Source: a virus (lineage: Duplodnaviria > Caudoviricetes). Taken from it: a DNA stretch of 41,779 nt. The stretch is taken from positions 1 through 41,779 of the IMG/VR virus record IMGVR_UViG_3300032219_000342. The stretch is one strand, 5' to 3'. The notes beneath the pieces are model-generated. The model was not told the DNA's origin and made no database searches. It worked only from the letters and a program-made list of their open reading frames with translations. Shown in pieces: positions 36,190-41,779 of this stretch. Both the position numbers and the translations under genes were made by a program. Numbering within the stretch: the stretch's first letter is position 1; each line of letters starts with the position of its first letter.

Positions 36190-36225
36190 AAAAAAAAGAG
36201 GGGGGCTTTTACCCCCGTCCCTTTT
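36190..36225 (-). terminator. Rho-independent terminator of the leftward recombination operon
   Basis: Minus strand GGGGGT-AAAA-GCCCCC hairpin followed by CTC and T8. Confidence 0.8.
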
Positions 36226-36227
36226 CA

Positions 36228-36473
36228 TTAGAAAGGCATCTGGTTGGTAGCCTCTCTTTTGATTGGAACAAATGTGTCCAGCTCAACGTAAAGTTCTCCG
36301 CCTTTATTTTTGCAGATCTGAAAATTAATCTTGCCATCCTTTAGGTGTTCCTTAATGAAATCACCTGCTCCCTTCTCGATGTTAATCTGAAGATTACATA
36401 CTACAAATTCTGGTGCCTTCTCATTTCTTTTGGCATAGAATCCTTTTGCGAAAATTTTTTCTTTCTTTTCCAT
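36228..36473 (-). CDS. Small SSB-like protein
   Basis: Beta-rich 81 aa ending in PF, next to the exonuclease and annealase. Confidence 0.5.
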   Translation of the reverse strand: MEKKEKIFAKGFYAKRNEKAPEFVVCNLQINIEKGAGDFIKEHLKDGKINFQICKNKGGELYVELDTFVPIKREATNQMPF

Positions 36474-36477
36474 TTGA

Positions 36478-37209
36478 TTAAATTGTTTCGTTTATAAAGT
36501 AATTGTTAATGTTATCTGTTGGATTTGGTCCGAAGTACTTGTAGTATACCTCCATTGCTCGCTCTACCTTGGCTTCACCACCACTTAAGAACTCTTCGGA
36601 TGGCCTGAACAGACCTAGCTGCTCAGATTCCTTGTCAATAACGTAAAAGTATAGCGGCTTTCCAAATAATTTCTGGTAAATGTAGCACTGAGAGTCGTAG
36701 TTGTAGCTTTTTGCAGACCATCTGAACTTGTTTATGTCTGATGTGGTCTTCAGATCTATGATGCAGTCGCTCGTAACGATGTCTGCCTTCGCCTTCCATT
36801 GCAGTCCCTTGATCTCACCAATGATTGGCTCCTCGTATAGGTTGCCCTCCCTGTAGATCGCATCGTAGAACTGGATGTTGGACTTCATTACACTCGCCAG
36901 ATGCAAGATCTCCTCGTACTCCTTGGTCAGCATTACGAACTCAAGGTTGTTATCAGTACAGAATGTCTTGTACTCCTTTGTATTCCTTGTACTAACATCC
37001 ACGTGTGGCACGTTTACAGCCTTGTCAGGCTCAAGAATTAGCTGATGGAATAGTCTACCCTCATGGAAGTGTTTTGAGTCGCTCCTGTGGGCTCTAAATA
37101 GCTTCGGGTTTGTGAGCAGTGCAGAGATGTCTGAGTTGGATAGGTAGTACTTACCCTTTCCATTGTAGTACTCATTATCATTTCGTAGTTCTTCGATTAT
37201 TAATTGCAT
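36478..37209 (-). CDS. RecE-like PD-(D/E)xK exonuclease (DUF3799-like)
   Basis: YLSNSDI, GRLFHQLILEP, KAKADIV, IDLKTT and YDSQCYIY motifs. Confidence 0.85.
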   Translation of the reverse strand: MQLIIEELRNDNEYYNGKGKYYLSNSDISALLTNPKLFRAHRSDSKHFHEGRLFHQLILEPDKAVNVPHVDVSTRNTKEYKTFCTDNNLEFVMLTKEYEEILHLASVMKSNIQFYDAIYREGNLYEEPIIGEIKGLQWKAKADIVTSDCIIDLKTTSDINKFRWSAKSYNYDSQCYIYQKLFGKPLYFYVIDKESEQLGLFRPSEEFLSGGEAKVERAMEVYYKYFGPNPTDNINNYFINETI

Positions 37210-37754
37210 GCTTGAGCTATTTCTTTCTTCAACTCTACAGAGATGTCATACTTGGTAGTCAGCTGACTGATAATGAACGATAGTCCCTTGCTCTTGTTGT
37301 CAACCACATACTTAAGCACCTTGCCCCAGTTTTCACTGTCCTTTACTAGAGCCACCGTTTTAGTTGGTGCTGAACCATGATTGTTTGTAGAGTCTGCATC
37401 TTTATTATCATCTATCAAGAACAGACCATTCAAACAGTACTTACGAGCATAGGAACTAGATGCACCAAAGCACTGAGCTATGTCCATGCCCTTACGATTG
37501 ATGTCTATACCTGCCTGTGCTTTTACTAACACAGATCCAGTCTCTGAACTGATGTGTGCAGTAGCCTCAATAAATACAATGCCGGCCACCTCCTTTACCT
37601 CATCGTTAATTGTCAGTACACATCCATACATATTTAATAATGGCTTTACTGCCTCAAGGATATCCTCACATGATCGGTAGTTGTACTTACCGAACGCATT
37701 AAACTGACCCTTTGGAGCTCTTAACTCCGATTGAATTTGAATTAGTTCTTTCAT
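37200..37754 (-). CDS. ERF family single-strand annealing protein
   Basis: APKGQFNAFGKYNYRSCEDILEAVKP...GASSSYARKYCLNGLFLIDD. Confidence 0.92.
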   Translation of the reverse strand: MKELIQIQSELRAPKGQFNAFGKYNYRSCEDILEAVKPLLNMYGCVLTINDEVKEVAGIVFIEATAHISSETGSVLVKAQAGIDINRKGMDIAQCFGASSSYARKYCLNGLFLIDDNKDADSTNNHGSAPTKTVALVKDSENWGKVLKYVVDNKSKGLSFIISQLTTKYDISVELKKEIAQACN

Positions 37755-38041
37755 TTCTCTAGATTTTTGATTAGTTGTTTGTAGTCGGCATCCTCCTTTA
37801 CTTTAGTCTCGATAGACTTTACCCCATGGATAATCGATGAGTGCCCTATTGCATACCCATTGTTGTCCATGTACCTCTGGATGTATCCTATGGATATGTT
37901 CCTGTTGAAACACATGTAGTATAGCATGTGCCTTGCATCCACTACCTCCCTCTTCTTGTTCTTGGAGAAGATCCAATCCTTGGGGATTGAATAAAGATTA
38001 ATGATGTTGCCTAAGTAGTTATTAAAGATTTCAGATTTCAT
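37751..38041 (-). CDS. Stand-alone DnaA domain IV-like HTH protein
   Basis: KKREVVDARHMLYYMC...HSSIIHG, compared with the DnaA pattern RQIAMYL...DHTTVLH. Confidence 0.7.
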   Translation of the reverse strand: MKSEIFNNYLGNIINLYSIPKDWIFSKNKKREVVDARHMLYYMCFNRNISIGYIQRYMDNNGYAIGHSSIIHGVKSIETKVKEDADYKQLIKNLEK

Positions 38042-38201
38042 AATTGTGTACGATTAAAATATATGCTAGGAATAGAGTGATTGATATTCCTATGCTGATT
38101 GCATCGATTAGGATTCCCCTTCGATCATTTTTGTATAGCAGCCTATTGGCTACCGAACTGGCTAGTATAACTGCCAACCCGACTATGAAGTATACTATCA
38201 T
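38031..38201 (-). CDS. 56-aa two-TM membrane protein (not in ORF track)
   Basis: MIVYFIVGLAVILASSVA-NRLLYKNDRRG-ILIDAISIGISITLFLAYILIV; ATGA overlap. Confidence 0.7.
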   Translation of the reverse strand: MIVYFIVGLAVILASSVANRLLYKNDRRGILIDAISIGISITLFLAYILIVHNYEI

Positions 38202-38473
38202 AGCTTATTAAAAATAGCATCCACGATAGCCTCAGTTATTTCTGTAGTGGGCACAATTGAAATTGTCTTGCCCTGCTCCTCATCCCATGTGCATAGCTGA
38301 TGAGTACCTAAAATATTTACAACTGTCTCGTTGTCACCAACATAGTCCCAGTCTGACTCCTCTCCATGACTAGCTACCTCGTAGCTACCCACCCAGAAGT
38401 AGTCCTTGTCATCAATGCTGAACTCAATTTCCTCATTGATAAACACCTCGCTTTCATTAAAATTTTTTCCCAT
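38198..38473 (-). CDS. Acidic hypothetical protein (start MGKNF)
   Basis: ATG at 38473 preceded by AAATCAAATCTA; very E/D-rich. Confidence 0.7.
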   Translation of the reverse strand: MGKNFNESEVFINEEIEFSIDDKDYFWVGSYEVASHGEESDWDYVGDNETVVNILGTHQLCTWDEEQGKTISIVPTTEITEAIVDAIFNKL

Positions 38474-38494
38474 TAGATTTGATTTAAATTTGAT

Positions 38495-38524
38495 ACAATA
38501 TAAGACAATAAATAAACAAGTCAA
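38495..38524 (-). promoter_or_regulatory. Putative promoter for the recombination operon
   Basis: Minus strand TTG-N19-TATATTGT (variant -7 box) in an AT-rich gap. Confidence 0.5.
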
Positions 38525-38652
38525 TCTTTTTTTGCAAAAACTTTTGATCTATTTAACCAGTAGTGTTCAGTGCAGATCCGATCGATCGCCTCCCACTTGG
38601 TAGTGCAGATTAGTCTTGCATAAAGACTTCCGCAGTAGTACACATTAAACAT
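38521..38652 (-). CDS. 43-aa hypothetical protein (not in ORF track)
   Basis: MFNVYYCGSLYARLICTTKWEAIDRIC...; overlaps the upstream stop. Confidence 0.55.
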   Translation of the reverse strand: MFNVYYCGSLYARLICTTKWEAIDRICTEHYWLNRSKVFAKKD

Positions 38653-38839
38653 TCGCTTCGCTTCCATGATTTAGTCTAGCTTCTGATCCATACCTCACCT
38701 CTCGTGGACATGGATAGGTTTTAAATAATATGTCAATTGATTTTACAAACTTCATCTTCTTCTTCTCATCCAGATAAAGCAGTCTGTCATTCATTCCATG
38801 CACCATCTGGAGCATCTGTAGTCTTTCTTCTAGTGTCAT
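38645..38839 (-). CDS. Hypothetical protein
   Basis: 64 aa, ATGA-coupled. Confidence 0.65.
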   Translation of the reverse strand: MTLEERLQMLQMVHGMNDRLLYLDEKKKMKFVKSIDILFKTYPCPREVRYGSEARLNHGSEANV

Positions 38840-39225
38840 TGTAGTTTTAATTTTACAAAGTCAATAATCTTATCCACCTTTCTACTCTCGTAGTTATTAC
38901 AGAACTCATTGGTCAAGTCAATGCCCAAGTCATACAGGCCTTCCAATCCATCATTTTCTATGATGTCAAGCAGTCTGACTGGCATGGTATCGTTGTCAAT
39001 CATCGCATAGATGGTACACACCACCTCATGGTGAGTCTCTGCCCAGTCCCTGAATCCCTTTGGTAGACTAGACTTCTTTGATGCCAACTGGTTGAGCATA
39101 CTTGCCACCAGAGTATACTCTGCTTGTGTTACATTTTGCGGCAGATACATTGCATCTGTCACTGACTGGTACGCATGGTCGAGATCCACTCCCTCTGGTA
39201 CATTTACTTCGATTGTAATTTTCAT
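38836..39225 (-). CDS. Hypothetical protein
   Basis: 129 aa, ATGA-coupled. Confidence 0.7.
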   Translation of the reverse strand: MKITIEVNVPEGVDLDHAYQSVTDAMYLPQNVTQAEYTLVASMLNQLASKKSSLPKGFRDWAETHHEVVCTIYAMIDNDTMPVRLLDIIENDGLEGLYDLGIDLTNEFCNNYESRKVDKIIDFVKLKLQ

Positions 39226-39443
39226 AGTTGTATGGGTGTTTGATAACTGAAATTTGATAAGACAATTTTACTAGGATACGCATCCTCTAAGGCAACCACA
39301 TAGTCCTCGATAAAGTAATTCATTTCATCTTGCTCCTTTACCATAGGCTCTAACACCTTTCTGATTTGTTCCTCTTTTAGGTTGGTGTAGATGACACACT
39401 GGTCACCATCCCATGTTCCGATTTTTAATTTGAATACATTCAT
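39222..39443 (-). CDS. Hypothetical protein
   Basis: 73 aa, ATGA-coupled. Confidence 0.65.
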   Translation of the reverse strand: MNVFKLKIGTWDGDQCVIYTNLKEEQIRKVLEPMVKEQDEMNYFIEDYVVALEDAYPSKIVLSNFSYQTPIQL

Positions 39444-39901
39444 CTTCCGTGATTTTTTCCTTGTAAGTCCTTCTTTGATATTCTTAATTTTGATTTTACT
39501 TCTACGTCAAGCATCTTACCTTTTTTCTGTTTTGTTATTAGCCATAACTCTTTATTAACATGTCCGTATTTTAACTTCTGATATATACATATTTTTCTTA
39601 GCCTGTCATAGGTCATTTCATGATAGTTGTTGTTGAATACAACATCATTCCACCCTTTCAACTTGGAAGGTTTATCTATTTCAATAAAGTTTGGGAACTT
39701 GTTCTTGAGAATATCAAGCACCTCTTGACTGAATGATATCTTTTCTTGCTCGTAATATGCTTTTAAAACAAGATATGATTTGTCATTTATTAGCTTGTCA
39801 ACAGTCCAATTTGGATCGTGATAAAAGAACGCCTTACTCTTTAGCGTTAATGTCCTTAGTCTAGTGATGTCCATCGATTGAGTTTGAGAATTGTACAACA
39901 A
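39440..39901 (-). CDS. Basic AT-rich hypothetical protein (probable start MDITRL, about 39874)
   Basis: Lys-rich ORF in the early cluster. Confidence 0.65.
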   Translation of the reverse strand: MLYNSQTQSMDITRLRTLTLKSKAFFYHDPNWTVDKLINDKSYLVLKAYYEQEKISFSQEVLDILKNKFPNFIEIDKPSKLKGWNDVVFNNNYHEMTYDRLRKICIYQKLKYGHVNKELWLITKQKKGKMLDVEVKSKLRISKKDLQGKNHGR

Positions 39902-40202
39902 TAAACTGCTCGTAGTTAAACATATTATCCTTTAGTGGTATTGATTTGTACATCTCCCTAAGTTTATGACCATTATGTCCCATGTATTCATACATCACCT
40001 CGAATACATCTGCTTGATGGCCTACTTCTATGCCTATGTCTAAGCCCCATTCCAAGCATACTTCCAAGTCCTCTGGACTATCTATCAATGATTCACTACC
40101 ATCTTCATATAGTGCATACAAATCGAATAGGCCACTTGCATACACTTCCTTTGCTTTGTCAGTTACTCCCAACCAAACAAAGCCATCTCTTACAATTCGC
40201 AT
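39861..40202 (-). CDS. Hypothetical protein
   Basis: 113 aa; DGFVWL...LYALYEDGSESLI...IGIEVG. Confidence 0.7.
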   Translation of the reverse strand: MRIVRDGFVWLGVTDKAKEVYASGLFDLYALYEDGSESLIDSPEDLEVCLEWGLDIGIEVGHQADVFEVMYEYMGHNGHKLREMYKSIPLKDNMFNYEQFIVVQFSNSIDGHH

Positions 40203-40387
40203 TCTGTCTGTAGTATAATTGAAGTTAGTAATGCGTTGTCATTTTCGTGGAATAAATCCTCACTCACAAACCCAACCACCTCCACATCAGAGTCATCATT
40301 GTGTCTGTAGTTAACACTTATTTGGGATAGGTCAATGCCATCCTGCTCCAGTTCCAGTAGGAACTCTAATAATTTTTGTGCGTTCAT
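40190..40387 (-). CDS. Acidic hypothetical protein
   Basis: 65 aa, TAATG-coupled. Confidence 0.65.
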   Translation of the reverse strand: MNAQKLLEFLLELEQDGIDLSQISVNYRHNDDSDVEVVGFVSEDLFHENDNALLTSIILQTECEL

Positions 40388-40635
40388 TAGTTATCTGATA
40401 AGTCTGTAAATTGATTAAAGTTATCTGCCATGTTAAACAGGTGATTGGTTGCTAGTAGCAGTAAGATGTTGTAGTCTACACATTTGTGCATCATCTCGCT
40501 TACCTTACTCACCCTATCTATGTCCCCATTAGATAATAGGGTTAGGATTGTGGCCAATTGGGCAGCATACTTGTGCCGCTCCACTCCTAGTGATTCCGCT
40601 AGGGATTCTGTGTTGTGATTAAATGTCATTTGCAT
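40387..40635 (-). CDS. Hypothetical protein
   Basis: About 80 aa, packed in the operon. Confidence 0.65.
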   Translation of the reverse strand: MQMTFNHNTESLAESLGVERHKYAAQLATILTLLSNGDIDRVSKVSEMMHKCVDYNILLLLATNHLFNMADNFNQFTDLSDN

Positions 40636-40832
40636 TTTCTTTTCCAGTTTTGTACAATTTTAGTTGCCTCGTATAGTGCATCGGCTGATTCACCCATGCC
40701 CATGTCCTCGTTGGACATGATCCATTGGTAGATATCATCCACCAACATCTGCTCATGCTCCTCACGGATCTCCTTGAGTCTTTTGATTTCGCTCCGTAGG
40801 AAATCATTTTCTAATCCTTCAATCGTTTTCAT
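40626..40832 (-). CDS. Hypothetical protein (start MKTIEG)
   Basis: ATG at 40832 overlaps the upstream ORF end. Confidence 0.6.
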   Translation of the reverse strand: MKTIEGLENDFLRSEIKRLKEIREEHEQMLVDDIYQWIMSNEDMGMGESADALYEATKIVQNWKRKCK

Positions 40833-40962
40833 ATTTGTAGTATTTAGCACTATTTATAAGTATCCTTATCAATTCTTTCTTGGTCATGTAGACCAACTCA
40901 CTGGAGTCAAACTCATCTGATAGTAACTCCTCCAAAGCTTCAATTATTTCTCTCCTTTTCAT
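40819..40962 (-). CDS. 47-aa hypothetical protein (not in ORF track)
   Basis: MKRREIIEALEELLSDEFDSSELVYMTKKELIRILI...; ATGA-coupled. Confidence 0.6.
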   Translation of the reverse strand: MKRREIIEALEELLSDEFDSSELVYMTKKELIRILINSAKYYKYEND

Positions 40963-41234
40963 TTTCTTTCTAAGTTTAAGTCTTCTGCTACTAAATAAAT
41001 TGTATCTGCAATCTGCTCCATGAGATACTCGTTTGTCAACGCCATCTCAAGTACCTTGTATGCATCCTTGTCGCTACATTCGTATGATGATGTCACATCT
41101 TCTATGTGCCATAGGTTTCCTGTAAAGAATCCCTGCTCTGCCAAGAATTCTCTTGCGTCATCGCTAGTCATTTGTGTTTTTGCGTACTCCAAGACCTCTT
41201 GTCTAGCAGTATCACTTGTCGGGTTAAATTTCAT
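40959..41234 (-). CDS. Hypothetical protein
   Basis: 91 aa; NLWHIEDV motif; ATGA-coupled. Confidence 0.7.
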   Translation of the reverse strand: MKFNPTSDTARQEVLEYAKTQMTSDDAREFLAEQGFFTGNLWHIEDVTSSYECSDKDAYKVLEMALTNEYLMEQIADTIYLVAEDLNLERK

Positions 41235-41443
41235 TTTGCTGATTCGATTGCTTTAGATATTTTCTTTTGCCAAACAATTGGCAGGGAAGCAACACACATC
41301 CATGAGTGACCTTCTCTTAATTTAAATCCATCGTTAACGATGTCAATCAAAGTGGTGTAATGGTACACAACTTCCAAATCTTCTAAAGGGGATTGGCTAA
41401 CTGAATCCCAGATAATGTAATCTTCTTTGCTAATGTTTTTCAT
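41231..41443 (-). CDS. Hypothetical protein
   Basis: 70 aa, ATGA-coupled. Confidence 0.65.
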   Translation of the reverse strand: MKNISKEDYIIWDSVSQSPLEDLEVVYHYTTLIDIVNDGFKLREGHSWMCVASLPIVWQKKISKAIESAK

Positions 41444-41646
41444 TTTGTTTCTAGTTTTAAGTCCTCATTATACAACCAATCACCTGTCTTCAGACCATTG
41501 GCAATCTCTTCTGCATACATATACTCATAGGTTATCTTGCCGACTTTTACATGGTAAGTCTTGCGACCTTCCACATCACCTGCTTTCTCAATCACAACCT
41601 TATCGTTGCATCCCCATATACATAGGGCAAGTAGTAGTGTTTTCAT
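41440..41646 (-). CDS. Putative small lipoprotein
   Basis: MKTLLLALCIWG|C: basic N-terminus, hydrophobic core, lipobox-like IWGC. Confidence 0.6.
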   Translation of the reverse strand: MKTLLLALCIWGCNDKVVIEKAGDVEGRKTYHVKVGKITYEYMYAEEIANGLKTGDWLYNEDLKLETK

Positions 41647-41777
41647 TTTCTCATTTGATTTATAAACATTCCAGTTACCTTGTCTTCCAATTCGTAATCA
41701 TCTCCGAGTTCAATAGTCTCATTGACTACACAACATTGCTCCAACTCTATCTGATATAGGTCTTTTTCAAATAGTTT
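41643..41777 (-). CDS. Hypothetical protein, 5' truncated by window
   Basis: Open frame ...KLFEKDLYQIELEQCC...NQMRK ends in an ATGA overlap. Confidence 0.55.
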   Translation of the reverse strand, partial: KLFEKDLYQIELEQCCVVNETIELGDDYELEDKVTGMFINQMRK

Positions 41778-41779
41778 TA

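Noticed and set aside
1-41779. Genome-wide stop-codon reassignment as in some crAss-like phages
   Set aside because: Long genes are intact in the standard code, and TAG, TGA and TAA all end tightly packed genes.
1-41779. CRISPR array, tRNA, integrase, reverse transcriptase/DGR, DNA polymerase or lysin
   Set aside because: No repeat-spacer array, cloverleaf or diagnostic motif seen by eye. Such genes may lie outside the window, and a tRNAscan/HMM run would be needed to exclude them.

Overview
Most of the genome of a podovirus-type dsDNA phage that very probably infects a Bacteroidota host. The host call rests on TAnnTTTG -7 promoter boxes and on A-rich starts without Shine-Dalgarno sequences. 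The standard code appears to apply, since TAA, TAG and TGA all end genes. The + strand (1-30474) is the virion module: tail-fibre end with autocleaving chaperone, tandem GroES-like protein, TerS/TerL, portal, scaffold, MCP, two basic micro-proteins, ring proteins, a nozzle apparently split over three genes, a GNAT and three ejection proteins including a 2770-aa giant with a zincin motif. The - strand (30471-41779) is the early/replication module: VRR-NUC, SF2 helicase, AEP primase-SF3 helicase, a putative iteron origin, SSB-like protein, RecE-like exonuclease, ERF annealase, two DnaA-domain-IV-like proteins and many small ORFs. The main signal is a hidden layer of coding that the ORF track misses. 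(i) A small basic gene (MPFKSKQQVKYLYSQEPQLAKKWSKEYPK*NLKSLPKRVSKKK) is nested in the +1 frame of the giant gene and interrupted by an amber codon. (ii) An in-frame A_AAA_AAC plus hairpin near the start of the giant gene would give a 102-aa product with a Trp-rich tail by -1 frameshift. (iii) An in-frame A_AAA_AAA plus hairpin between the primase and helicase domains would give a primase-only isoform. All family assignments come from motif recognition, not database searches.
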